Notes: generated by a model from the sequence alone, not told the origin. Numbered from the whole stretch's first letter, positions 24,689 to 38,069 are shown. The stretch: 63,359 nucleotides of DNA, filler included, from Squatina squatina (GCA_031763465.1; 4 parts of 4 records of this genome joined end to end with filler, not necessarily neighbours in it), one strand, 5' to 3'. Program-made: numbers and translations.

Positions 24689-27600
24689 GAATTATGTGAG
24701 TGCAGTCAAAGCACAGATTGAGGAGGGAGCACCAGTTGTGGAACTGGTGAGGGCACTCTCAGAAGGGAGTAAGGAGGGAGCAGCAGTAGTGTAATTATGT
24801 GAGTACACTCTGAGCAGGCACGACGACTGAGAACGATTAGTGGAATTAGGTGAATGCACTGAAGCAGGGAGTGAGTAGGGAGCACCAGTAGTGGAAGGAT
24901 GTGAGTGCACTCTCAGCAGGGAGTGAGGAGGGAGCACCAGTAGTGGAATTTGTCGAGTGCACTCTCAGCACGGAGTGAGGAGGGAGCACCAGGAGTGGAA
25001 TTAGTTGAGTGCACTCTAAGCAGAGATTGAGGATTAGTACCAGTAGTGGAATTAGCGGCGTGCACTCTCAGCAGGGAGTCAGGAGGGCGCACCAGTAGTG
25101 GAATTAGGTGAGTGCACTCTAAACAGGGAGTTAGGAGGTAGCACCAGTAGTGGAATGAGATGAATGCACTTCAGCAGGCAGTGAGGAGGGTGCACCAGTC
25201 GTGGAATTATGTGAATGCACTCTGAGCAGGGAGTGAGTAGCGAGCACCAATCGTGGAATTAGGTGAATGCACTCTAAGCAGGGAGTCAGAAGGGAGCACC
25301 AGTTGTCGAATTAGGTGAGTGCATTCTGAGCAGGGAGTCAGAAGGGAGCACCAGTTGTGGAATAATGAGAGTGCACTCTAAGCAGGGAGTGAGGAGGGAG
25401 CACTAGCAGTGGAATTAGCTAAGTGCACTCTAAGCAGGGAGAGAGGAGGGGGGAACCGTCATGGAATTTGGTGAGTGCCCTCTGAGCAGGAGTGAGGAGG
25501 GAGAAACATTCGTGGAATTAGGTGAGTGCATTCTCAGCAGGGAGTGAGGAGGGAGCAGCAGTAGTGGAATTATGAGAGTGCACTCCAAGCAGGGAGTGAG
25601 GAGGGAGCACCAGTCGTGAAATTAGATGAATGCACTCTGAGCAGGGATTGAAGAGGGAACACTTGCTGTGGAATTCCGTGAGTGCAGAGAAGCAGGGAGA
25701 AAGGAGGGAGCACCATTGGGGAATTTGGTGAGTGCACTACCAGCAGGGAGTACGGAGGAAGTAGCAGTCGAGGAATTAGGTGAGTCCACTCGAAGCAGGC
25801 AGTGAGGAGTGAGCACCAGCAGTGGAATTAGGTGAGTGCATTCTAAGCAGGGAGTGAGGAGGGAGCACCAGTAGTGGAATTAGGTGAATGCACTCTCCGC
25901 AGGGATTGAGGAGGGAGCATCAGTCGGGGAATTAGGTGAGTGCACTCGAAGCAAGGATTGAGGAGGGAGCACCAGTCGTGGAATTATGTGAGTGCACTCT
26001 CTGCAGTGAGTGAGGAGGGAGCACCAGTAGTGGAATTAGGTGAGTGCAATCTAAGCAGGGAGTGAGGAGCGAGAATCAGTCACGGAATTAGGTGCGTGCA
26101 CGCGATGCAGCGAGTAAGGAGGGAGCACCAGCAGTGGAATTAGGTGAGAGCATTCTAAACAGGGAGTAAGGGGTGAGAATCAGTAGCAGAATTAGGTGTG
26201 TGCACTCTAAGCATGGAATAATGAGGGAGCACCAGTATTGGAATTAGGTGTGTGCACTCTAAGCAGGGAGTAAGGAGGGAGCACCAGTAGTAGAATTAGG
26301 TGAGTGTACTCTAAGCACGGAGTAAGGAGGGAGCACCAGTAGTGGAATTAGGTGAGTGAACTCCAAGCAGGGAGGAAGGAGCGAGCATCAGTAGCGGAAA
26401 TAGGTGAATGCACTCTGAGAAGGGATTCAGAGGGGAGCACCACTAGTGGAATTAGCTGGGTGAACTCTGAGCAGAGAGTAAGGAATGAGCACCAGTACTG
26501 GAATTACGTGAGTGCACTTGAAGCAGGAAGTAAGGAGGAAACACCAGTAGTGGAATTAGATGAGAGCTCTCGAACCAGGGAGTGAGGGGGGAGCATCAGT
26601 AGGGGAATTAGGTGCGTGCACTCTAAGCATGGAGTAATGAGGGAGCACCATAAATGTGGCATTAGGTGAGTACACTGTAAGCAGTGAGTGAGGAGGGAGC
26701 AACAGAGGTGGAATTAGGTGAGTGCACTCTGAGCAGAGAGTAAGGAGGGAGAACCAGTCGTGGAATTAGGTGAGTGCACTCTCAGCAGGGAGTGAGGAGG
26801 GAGCACCAGTAGTGGAATTTGTTGAGTGCACTCTAAGCATGATGTGAGGAGGGAGCACCAGTAGTGGAATTAAGTTAGGGCACTCTAAGCAGCGAGTGAG
26901 GAGGGAGCACCAGTATTGGAATAAGGTGAATGCACTCTCAGCAGGGAGTGAGGAGGGAGCTGCAGTCGTGGCATTAGTTGAGTGCACTCTAAGCAGGGAG
27001 TGAGGAGGGAACACCAGTAGTGGAATTAGTTGAGTGCACTCTGAGCAGAGATTGATGTTTAGCAGCAGTAGTGGAATTAGCGGCGTGCACTCCATGCAGC
27101 GAGTAAGGAGGGCACACCAGTAGTGGAATTAGGTGAGCGCACTCTAAGCAGGGAGTAAGGAGGGAGCACCAGTAGTGGAATTAGGCGAATGCACTTCAGC
27201 AGGCAGCGAGGAGGGTGCACCAGTCGTGGAATTAGGTGAATGCACTCGAAGCAGGGAGTGAGGAGCGAGCACCAATCGCGGAATTGGTGAATGCACTCTA
27301 AGCAGGGAATGAGGAGCTAGCACCAGTTGTGGAATTAGGTGAGTGCACTCTAAGCAGTTAGTCAGAAGGGAGCACCAGTTGTCGAATTAGGTGAGTGCAT
27401 TCTGAGCAGGGAGTCAGAAGGGAGCACCAGTTGTGGAATTATGAGAGTGCACTCTCAGTAGGGACTGAGGTGGGAGCAACAGTCCTGGAATTAGCTGAGT
27501 GCACTCTAAGCAGGGAGTGAGGAGGGAGCACCAGTAGTGGAATTAGGTGAGTGCACTCTGAGCAGGGAGTAAGGAGAGTGCACCAGTAGTGGAATTAGGT

Positions 27601-30600
27601 GAGTGCACTCTGAGCAGGGATTAAGAGGGGAGCACCACTAGTGGAATTAGGTGAGTGCACTCCATGCAGGGCTTAAGAGGGGAGCACCACTAGTGGAATT
27701 AGGTGAGTGCACTCCCAGCAGAGATTGAGGAAGGAGCACCAGTCGTGGAATTTGCAGAGTGCTCTCTAAGCAGGGATTGATGATGGAGCGCCAATAGTGA
27801 AATTAGGTGACTGCACTCTCAGCAGGGAGTGAGGAGGGACAACTAGTCGTGGAATGAGCTGAGTGCACTTTTATCAGGAGTGAGGAGGGCGAAACAGTCG
27901 TGGATTAGGTGAGTGAACTCTAAGCAGGGAGTAAGGAGGGAGCACCAGTTGTAGAATTATGAGAGTGCACTCTAAGCAGTGAGTGAGGAGGGAGCACCAA
28001 TCGTGGAATTAGTTGAGTTCACTCTAAGCAGGGATTGAGGAGGGAGCACCAGTATTGGAATTAGGTGACTGCACTCAAAGCAGGGAGTAAGTAGATAGCA
28101 TCAGTCTTGGAATTAAGTGAGTGCAATCTGAGCAGTGAAAGTGGAGAGGGCACGAGTCGTGGAATTAGTTGAGTGCACTCTCAGCAGGGAGTGAGGACGG
28201 AGCACCAGTAGTGGAATTACGTGAGTGCACTCTGAGCAGGGAGTAAGGAGGGAGCACCAGTCGTGGAATTAGGTGAGTGCACTCGAAGCAGGGAATGCAG
28301 ATGGAGCAGCTGTAGGGGAATTACGTAGGTGCACTCTAAGCAGGAGGTGAGCAGGGAGCACCAGTTGTAGAATTATGAGTGTGCACTCTAAGCAGGGAGT
28401 CAGGAGGGAGCACCAGTCGTGAAATTAGGTGATTGCATTCTAAGAAGGGAGTGAGGAGGGGGCACCAGTAGTGGAATTAGGTGAGTGCATTCTAAGCAGG
28501 GAGTGAGGAGGGAGCAGCAGTTGTTGAATTAGGTGAGTGAACTCTGAGCAGGGATTGAGAGGAGAGCACCACTCGTGGAATTACCTGAGTGAACTCTGAG
28601 CAGAGACTAAGGAGGGAGCACCAGTAGAGGAATTAGATGAGTGCACTCCAAGCAGGGATTAAGGAGAGATAACCAGTAGTGGAATTAGGTGAGTGCACTC
28701 CAAGCAGGGATTAAGAGGGGAGCACCACTCGTGGAATGAGGTAATTGCACTCACAGCACAGTGTGAGGAGGGAGCACGAGTCATGGAATTTGGAGAATGC
28801 TCCCTAAGCAGGGATTGATGAGGGAGCGACAATAGTGGAATTAGGTGAGTGTACTCTAAGCAGGGAGTGAGGAGGGAACACGAGTCGTGGAATGAGCTGA
28901 GTGCACTTTTATCAGGAGTGAGGAGGGAGAAACAGTCGTGGAATTAGGTGAGTGAACTCAGCAGGGAGTAAGGAGGGAGCATCAGTAGTGGAAACAGGTG
29001 AGTGCTCACTAAACAGGGAGTAAGGGGGGAGTGCCAGTCCGGGAATGAGGTGAGTGCACTCGAAGCAGGGAGTGAGGAGGGATCAGCAGGAGTGGAATTT
29101 GGTGAGTGCACTCAAGACAGTGAGTGAGGAGGGAGCACCAGAAGTGGAAGTAGGTGAGTGCACTCTCAGCAATTAGTAAGGGGGGAGCACCAGTAGTGGA
29201 ATTAGATGAGTGCACTCTTAGCAGGAGTGAGGATGCAGAAACAGTCGTGGAACTAGGTGAGTGCAGTCTCAGCAGGGATTGAGGACGGAGCACTAGTAGT
29301 GGAATTAGGTGAGTGCACTCTACGCAGGGGGTGAGGAGGGACCACGAGTAGTGGAATTAGGTGAGTGCACGCGTTGCAGCGAGTAAGGGGGGAGCACCAG
29401 CTGCGGAGATAGCTGAGAGCACTCTAACCAGGGAGTGAGGGGTGAGAAGCAGTAGCGCAATTAGTTGCGTGCACTCTAAGCAATAAGAAATGAGAGAGCA
29501 GCATAAATGTGGCATTCGGTGAGTACACTGTAAGCAGTGAGTAAGGAGGGAGCAACAGAGGTGCAATTAGGTGAGGGCGCTCTCAGCAGGGAGTGAGGAG
29601 GAAGAACCAGCAGCGGAATTAGCTGAGTGCACTCGAAGCAGCGAGTGAGGAGGGAGCACCAGTAGTGGAATTAGTTGAGTGCCCTCTAACCTGGGAGTGA
29701 GGAGGGAGCACCAGTAGTGAAATTAGGTGAATGCACTCTAAGCAGGAATTGAGGAGGGAGCACCAGTAGTGTAATTAGGTGAGTGCATTCTAAGCAGTGA
29801 GTGAGGAGGGAGCACCATTAGTGGAATTTCGTGTGTGAACTCTAAGCAGGGATTGAGGAGGGGGAAACAGTAGTGGAATTAGGTGAGTGCACTCTCAGCA
29901 GTGAGTGAGAAGGGGGGACCAGTAGTGGAAATACGTGAGTGAACTCGAAGCAGGGAGTGAGGAGGGAGGACCAGTAGTCGAATTAGATGAGGGCACTTTT
30001 ATCAGGAGTGAGGAGGGAGAAACAGTATTGGAATGAGCTGAGTGCACTTCTATCAGCTGTGAGGAGGGAGAAACAGTGACGAAATTAGATTGGTGCACTT
30101 TGAGCAGGGATAGAGGAGGGAGCACTTGCTGTGGAATTGTGTGAGTGCACACAAGCAGGCAGTAAGGAGGGAGCACCAGTCGTGGAATTAGGTGAGTGCA
30201 CTTTAAGCAGGTATTGAGGAGGGAGCACCAGGAGTGGAATTAGGTGAGTGCACACTGAGCAGGGAGTGAGGAGGGAGCACCAGTACTGGGATTAGGTGAA
30301 TGCACCCCAAGCAGGGAGTGAGGAGGGAGCAACAGTCGTGGAATTAGCTGAGTGCACACTAAGCAGGGAGTGAGGAGGGAGCACCAGGAGTGGAATTAGG
30401 CGAGTGCACTCTAAGCAGGTATTGAGGAGGGAGCACCAGTACTGGGATTATGTGAGTGCACTCTAAGCAGGGAGGCAGGAGGGAGCACCAGTAGTGGAAT
30501 GAGGTGAGTGCACTCACAGCAGGGAGTAAGGAGGGAGCTCCAGTAGTGGAATTAGATGAGTGCATTCTAAGCAGGGAGGGAGGAGGGAGCACCAGTACTG

Positions 30601-33600
30601 GAATTAGGTGAGTGCACTCTAAGCAGGGAGTAAGGAGGCAGCACCAGTAGTGGAATAGGTGGGTGCACTCTATGCAGGCAGTGAGAAGGAATCAGCTGTA
30701 GTGGGATTAGGTGAGTGCACTCTGAGCATGGAGTGAGGAGGGAGCACCAGTAGTGGAATTATGAGAGTGCACTCGAAGCAGTGAGTGAGGAGGGAGCCCC
30801 AATCGTGCAATTAGATGAGTGCACTCCAAGCAGGGATTGATGAGGGAGAAGCAGTAGTGGAATTAGATGAGTGAACTCTCAGCAGGGATTAAGAGGAGAG
30901 CACCACTCGTGGAAATAGGTGAGTGCACTGTATAAGAGAGGGAGGAGGGAGCACCAGTTGTGGAATTATGAGAGTGCACTCACAGCAGGGATTGAGGAGG
31001 GAGAACCAATCTTGTAATTAGGTGAGTGACCTCTAAGCAGGGAGTGAGGAGGGAGCACCAGAAGTGGAAGTAGGTGACTGCACTCTCAGCAGTTAGTAGG
31101 TGGGGAGCACCAGTAGTGGAATTAGCTGGGTTCACTCTAAGCAGGGAGTGAGGAGGGAGCAACAGTCGTGGAATTAGCTGGGTTCACTCTAAGCAGGGAG
31201 TGAGGAGGGTTCACCAGGAGTGGAAATAGGTGAGTGCACTCTCAGCAGTTAGTAAGGGGGGAGCACCAGTAGTGGAATTAGCTGGGTTCACTCTAAGCAG
31301 GGAGTGAGGAGGGGGCAGCAGTAGTGGAATTAGGTGAGTGCACTCTAAGCAGGGAGTGAGGAGGGTTCACCAGGAGTGGAAATAGGTGAGTGCACTCTAA
31401 GCAGGGAGTGAGGAGGGATCAGCAGTAGTGGAATTTGGTGAGTGCACTCCAGGCAGTGAGTGAGGAGGGAGCAACAGAAGTGGAAGTAGGTGAGTGCACT
31501 CTCAGCAGTTAGTAAGGGGCGAGCACCAGTAGTGGAATTAGATGAGTGCAATCTAAGCAGGGGGTAAGGAGGGAGCACCAGTACTGGAATTACGTGAGTG
31601 CATTCTCAGCAGTGAGTGAGGAGGGAGCAACATTATTGGAATTACCTAAGTGAACTCTAAGCAGGGATTAAGGAGAGGGAACCAGTAGTGGAATTAGGTG
31701 AGTGCACGCTTAGCAGTGAGTGAGGAGGGTGCACCAGTTGTGGAATTACGTGAGTAAACTCGAAGCAGGGAGTGAGGAGGGAGGAACAGTAGTGGAATTA
31801 GATAAGTGCACTTTTATCAGGAGTGAGGAGGGAGAAACAGTAGTAGATGAGCTGAGGGCACATTTATCAGCTGTGAGGAGGGAGAAACAGTCACGAAATT
31901 AGATGAGTGCACTCTGAGCAGGGATAGAGGAGGGAGCACTTGCTGTGGAATTGTGTGAGTGCACTGTAAGCAGCGAGTAAGGAGGGAGCACCAGTAGTGG
32001 AATTAGGTGAGTGTACTCCAAGCAGGGAAAAAGGAGGGAGCACCAGTAGTGGAACTAGTTGAGTGACCTCTAAGCAGGGAGTGAGGAGGGAGCAGCAGTA
32101 TTGGAATTAGGTGAGTGCACTCTAAGCAGGGAGTGAGGCGGTAGCACCAGTAGTGGAATTAGGTGAGTGCACTCTGAGCAGGAATTAAGGAGGGAACACC
32201 AGTAGTGGAATTAGCTGAGAGCACTCGAACCAGGGAGTGAAGGGTGAGAATCAGTAGCGGAATTAGGTGAGTGCACTCGAAGCAGGGAGTGAGGAGGGAG
32301 AACAAGTCGTGGAATGAGGTATTTGCACTCAAAGCAGCGAGTGAGGAGGGAAAACCAGTGGTGGAATGAGGTGACTGCACTCTAAGCAGGGACTGAGGAG
32401 GGAGAACCAGTCGTGGAATGAGGTGAGTGCACTCTAAGCAGGGAGTACGGAGGGAGCAGCAGTCGTGGAATTAGGTGAGTGCAGTCTAAGCAGGGAGTGA
32501 GGAGAGAGCAGCAGTAGTGGAATTAGTTGAGTGCACTCTAACCTGGGAGTGAGGAGGGAGCACCAGTAGTGAATTATGTGAGTGCACTCTAAGCAGGGAG
32601 TGAGGAGCGAGCACCAGTAGTGGAGTTAGGTGAGTGCACTCTTAGCAGAGAGTGAGGAGGGAGCACCATTAGTGGAATTAGGTGAGTGCACTCTAAGAAG
32701 GGAGTGAGGAGGCAGCACCAATCGTGGAATTAGGTGAGTGCACTTTACCCAGGGAGTGAGGGTTGAGAATCAGTAGCGGAATTTGGTGAGTGCACTCTCA
32801 GCACGGAGTAATGAGGGAGCACCATAAATGTGGTATGAGGTGAGTGTGCTCTGAGCAATGAGTAACGAGGGAGCAGCAACAGTGGAATTAGGTGAGTGCA
32901 ATCGAAGCAGGGAGTAGGTGGGATCACCAGTCGTGGAATTAGGTGAGTGCCCTGTTAGCAGGGAGTAAGGAGGGAGCACCAGTTGTAGAATTATGAGAGT
33001 GCACTCTAAGCAGTGAGTGAGGAGGGAGCATCAATCGTGGAATTAGGTGAGTGCTCTCTTGGCAGGGATTGAGGAGGGAGCACCAGTTTTCAAATCTGGT
33101 GAATGCATTCTAAGCATGAGTGAGGAGAGAGCAGTTGTAGTGGAATTAGGTGAATGCACTGAAAGCAGGGAGTAAAGAGGGAGCACCAGTAGTGGAATTA
33201 GGTGAGTGCACTTAAAGCAGGGAGTAAGGAGGGAGCACCAGGAGTGGAATTAGGTGAGTGCACTTTAAGCAGTGTGTAAGGAGGGAACACCAGTAGTGGA
33301 ATTAGCTGAGAGCACTCTACCCACGGAGTGAGGGTTGAGAATCAGTCGCGGAATTTGGTGTGTGCCCTCGCAGCACGGAGTAATGAGGATCACCATAAAC
33401 GTGGCATTAGGTGAGTACACTCAATTCAGTGAGTGAGGAGGGAGCAAAAGTGGTGGAATTAGGTGAGAGCACTCTGCCCAGGGAGTGAGGGTTGAGAATC
33501 AGTACCGGAATTTGGTGAGTGCACTTCTAAGCAGAGAGTGAGGAGGGTGCACCAGGAGTGGAATTAGGTGACAGCACTCCAAGCAGTGACTGAGGAGGTA

Positions 33601-36600
33601 GCACCAATCGTGGAATTATTTGAGTGCACACTTGGCAGGGATTGAGGAGGGAGCACCCGGAATGGAATTAGATGAGTGCATTCTGAGCACGGAGTGAGGA
33701 GTGAGCACCACTAGTGGAATTACGTGTGTGCACTCTCAGCAGGGAGTGAGGAGGGAGCAGCAGTAGTGGAATTAGGTGAGTGCACTCGAAGCATGGAGTG
33801 GGGAGGGAGCACCAGTCGTGGAACTAGGTGAGTGCACCCTAAGCAGGGAGTAAGGAGGCAGCACCAGTAATGGAATTAGTTGAGTGCACTCTAAGCAGGG
33901 AGTGAGGAGGCAGCACCCATAGTGGAATTAGGTGAATGCAATCTAAGCAGGGATTAAGCAGTTCGCAACAGTCTTGGAAGTAAGTGAGTGCAATCTGGGC
34001 AGTGAAAGAGGAGAGACCACCAGTCACGGAATTAGGTGAGTGCACTCTCAGCAGGAATTGAGGACGGAGCACCAGTATTGGAATTAGGAGAGTTCATTCT
34101 ATGCAGGGAGGAACGAGGGAGCAGCAGTAGTGGAATTAAGTGAGTGCACTAAAAAAGCTGGGAGTAAGGAGGGATCACCAGCAGTGGAACTGGTGAGTGC
34201 ACTCTAAGCAGTGAGTAAGGAGGGAACACCAGTAGTGGAATTAGCTGAGAGCACTCGACCCAGGGAGTGAGGGTTGAGAACCAGTAGCGGAATTTGGTGA
34301 GTGCCCTCTCAGCACGGAGTAATGAGGGATCACCATAAACGTGGCATTAGCTGAATACACTCTAAGCAGTGAGTGAGGAGGGAGCAACAGTGGTGGAATT
34401 AGCTGAGTGCACTCCTGGCAGGGATTGAGGAGGGAGAACCAGAAGTGGAATTAGGTGAGTGCACTCTGAGCAGTGAGTAACGAGCGACACCAATAGTGGA
34501 ATTAGGTGAGTGCAATCGAAGCTGAGAGTAAGGACGGATCACCAGTCATGGAATTATGTGAGTGCACTGTTAGCAGCGATTAAGGAGGGAGCACCAGTAG
34601 TGGAATTCGGTGAGTGCACTCGAAGTAGAGAGTGAGGAAGTGCACCACGTGTGGAATTAAGTGAAAGCACTCCAAGCATTGAGTGTGGAGGGAGCACAAA
34701 TCGTGTAAATATTTGTGTGCACTCTTGGCAGGGATTGAGGAGTGAGCAACAGGAATAGAATTAGATGAGTGCATTCTAAGCACGGAGAGAGGAGGGAGCA
34801 TCAGGAGTGGAATTAGATGTGTGCACTCTAAGCAGGGAGTGAGGAGGGAGCAGCAGTAGTGGAATTAGGTGAATGCACTCTAAGCAGTAGAGTGGTGGTG
34901 GACCACCAGTCGTTCAACGAGGTGAGCGCACTCATGGCAGGGAATAGGAGGGAGCACCAGTAGTGGAATTAGGTGAGTGCACTCGAAGCAGGTAGTAAGG
35001 AGGGAGCATCAGTAGTTGAATTAGGTGAGTGCACTCAAAGCAGGGACTGAGGAGGGAGCAACAGTTGTGGAATTACTGGAGTGAACTCGAAGCAGGGATT
35101 AATAGGAGAGCACCACGAGTGGAATTAGGTGAGTGCACTCTCAGCTGGGACTGAGGATGGAAAACCAGTCGTGGAATTAGGTGAGTGCACTCTTAGTAGG
35201 GAGTGAGGAGGGAGCACCAGTAGTGGAATTAGGTGAGTGCACTCCACATAGGGATTGAGGAGGGAGAACCAGAAATGGAATTAGATGAGTGAACTCAAAG
35301 CAGGGAGTGGGGAGGGAGCACCACTCGTGGAATTAGGTGAGTGAACTCGAAGCAGCGAGTAAGGAGTGAGCACCAGTAGGGGTATTAGGTGAGTGCACTC
35401 TCAGCAGGGAGTAAGGATGGAGCACCAGTCGTGGAATGAGCTGAGTGCACTTTTATCAGGAGTGAGGAGGGAGAAACAGTGGTGGAATTAGGTGAGTGCA
35501 CTTTACCCAGGGAGTGAGGGTTGAGAATCAGGAGCGGAATTTGGTGAGTGCACTCTCAGCACGGAGTAATGCGGGAGCACCATAAATGTGGTATTAGGTG
35601 AGTGTGCTCTGAGCAGTGAGTAACGAGGGAGCAGCAATAGTGGAATTAGGCGAGTGCATTCTAAGCAGGGAGTAGGTGGGATCACCCGTCGTGGAATTAG
35701 GTGAGTGCCCTGTTAGCAGGGAGTAAGTAGGGAGCACCAGTTCTAGAATTATGAGAGTGCACTCTAAGCAGTGAGTGAGGAGGGAGCATGAATCGTGGAA
35801 TTAGGTGAGTGTTCTCTCGGCAGGGATTGAGGAGGGAGCACCAGTTTTGGAATCTGGTGAGTGCATTCTAAGCATGAGTGAGGGGGAAGCAGTTTTAGTG
35901 GAATTAGTTGAATGCACTCAAAGCAGGGAGTAAGGAGGGAGCACCAGTAGTGGAATTGGGTGAGTGCACTTAAAGCAGGGAGTAAGGAGGGAGCACCAGG
36001 AGTGGAATTAGGTGAGTGCACTCTAAGCAGTGAGTAAGGAGGGAACTCCAGTAGTGGAATTAGCTGAGAGCACTCTACCCACGGAGTGAGTGTTGAGAAA
36101 CAGTAGCGGAATTTGGTGTGTGCCCTCTCAGCACGGAGTAATGAGGATCACCATAAACGTCGCATTAGCTGAATACACTCTAAGCAGTGAATGAGGAGGG
36201 AGCAATATTGGTGGAATTAGGTGAGTTCACTCTGAGCAGTGAGTCACGAGGGAGCACCATAAAGGTGGCATTAGGTGAGTACACTCGAATCAGTGAGTGA
36301 GGAGGGAGCAACAGTGGTGGAATTAGGTGAGCGCACTCTACCCAGGGAGTGAGGGTTGAGAATCAGTAACGGAATTTGGTGAGTGCACTCTAAGCAGAGA
36401 GTGAGGAGGGTGCACCAGGAGTGGAATTAGGTGAGAGCACTCCAAGCAGTGACTGAGGAGGTTGCACCGATCGTGGAATTATTTGAGTACACTCTTGGCA
36501 GGGATTGAGGAGGGAGTACCAGCAATGGAATTCGATGAGTGCATTCTGAGCACAGAGTGAGGAGTGAGCACCAGTAGTGGAATTAGGTGAGTGCACTCGA

Positions 36601-37368
36601 AGCAGGGAGGGGGCAGGGAGCACCAGTCGTGGAAGTAGGTTGGTGCACTCATGGCAGGAAGTGAGGAGGGAGCAACAGTAGTGGAATTAGGTGAGTGCAC
36701 TCAAAGCAGGGAGTGAGGAGGCAGCACCCATAGTGGAATAAGGTGAGTGCAATCTAAGCAGGGAGTAAGCAGTTCGCAACAGTCTTGGAATTAAGTGAGT
36801 GCAATCTTCGCAGTGAAAGAGGAGAGAGCACCAGTCGCGGAATTCGGTGAGAGCACTCTCAGCAGGAATTGAGGATGGAGCAGCAGTAGTGGAATTAGGT
36901 GAGTGCACTCAAAGCAGGGAGTAAAGAGGGAGCAGCCGTAGTGGAACTGGTGACTGCACTCTAAGCAGTGAGTAAGGAGGGAACACCGGTAGTGGAATTA
37001 GCTGAGAGCACTCTACCCAGGGAGTGAGGGTTGAGAATCAGTAGCAGAATTTGGTGAGTGCCCTCTCAGCACGGAGTAATGAGGGATCACCATTAACGTG
37101 GCATGAGCTGAATACACTCTAAGCAGTGAGTGAGGAGGGAGCAACAGTGGTGGAATTAGGTTAGTGCACTCTGAGCAGTGAGTAACGAGGGACACCAAAT
37201 AGTGGAATTAGGTGAGTGCAATCTAAGCAGAGAGTAAGGAGGGATCACCAGTCGTGGAATTAGGTGAGTGGACTGTTAGCAGGGAGTAACAAGGGCGCAC
37301 CAGTAGTGGAATACGGTGAGTGCACTCGAAGAAGTGAGTGAGGAGGTGCACCAGGTGTGGAATGAGGT
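24689..37368. repeat. 52-bp tandem satellite, about 240 diverged copies
   Basis: Consensus GGAATTAGGTGAGTGCACTCTAAGCAGGGAGTGAGGAGGGAGCACCAGTAGT. Period of 52 checked at 24903/24955. Confidence 0.97.
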
Positions 37369-37389
37369 AACATAGAAAGATAGAAACAT

Positions 37390-37489
37390 NNNNNNNNNNN
37401 NNNNNNNNNNNNNNNNNNNNNNNNNNNNNNNNNTTAATTAATTAANNNNNNNNNNNNNNNNNNNNNNNNNNNNNNNNNNNNNNNNNNNN
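37390..37489. other. Artificial scaffold-joining linker
   Basis: Identical N44-TTAATTAATTAA-N44 structure. Confidence 0.95.
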
Positions 37490-38069
37490 CAGCTCCTCGG
37501 CAACTGAAAAGATAGTTTAACATTTTTCTTCCAATTTCCTGTTCTGATAGGGTTTACATGAACCGTTAACCTGTCTTTTTCCAGATTGTGGTTCTATTGG
37601 GTATTTCTACCATTTACTATTTCAGCACTCCGTTTAATAGTTACATATTACATGACTTATAAATGTGGAAACAGGTGGCAACATTGGGAATAATTAAATC
37701 AAATGCTACCAATCTGTGATTCAGAATTTGATCCCAACGGAGATTGTCCAGTGGGGGAATGGAAAATCAGGCTGCCTTGCAAACTTTCCCTTGTTCTGCT
37801 CCTTGACTTTCCTCCGCTCCTAGTTCCTGTGTAATGTTGCTGCACGCTGGAATACTGCTTACAGAGTACAGCAACGCTCAACTCACTGGAACAATAACAG
37901 ATAGGAGTCAGAAAGGTGCAGGGGAGATCTGGGAAGAGTGGCAGGGTGAGCTGGGGAGAGGAAGAGTGGCTATGGGAGGAGTGTGTTTGAATTGGGAAGG
38001 AAGGCAGATTAACAAATAATTTTAACATTCAGTTATACAATTTATTAATCCCATTCCTTTTTCAAATAA

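Noticed and set aside
24375-37198. Many 60-110 aa ORFs (e.g. LLRVHSPNSTTGAPSSLPA repeats)
   Set aside because: Translations of the satellite; 52 and 31 are not multiples of 3, frames cycle and stops are frequent.
22893-37368. CRISPR-like appearance (conserved palindromic repeat of regular period)
   Set aside because: The intervening sequences are homologous to each other rather than unique spacers, there are no cas genes and the context is vertebrate; this is satellite DNA.
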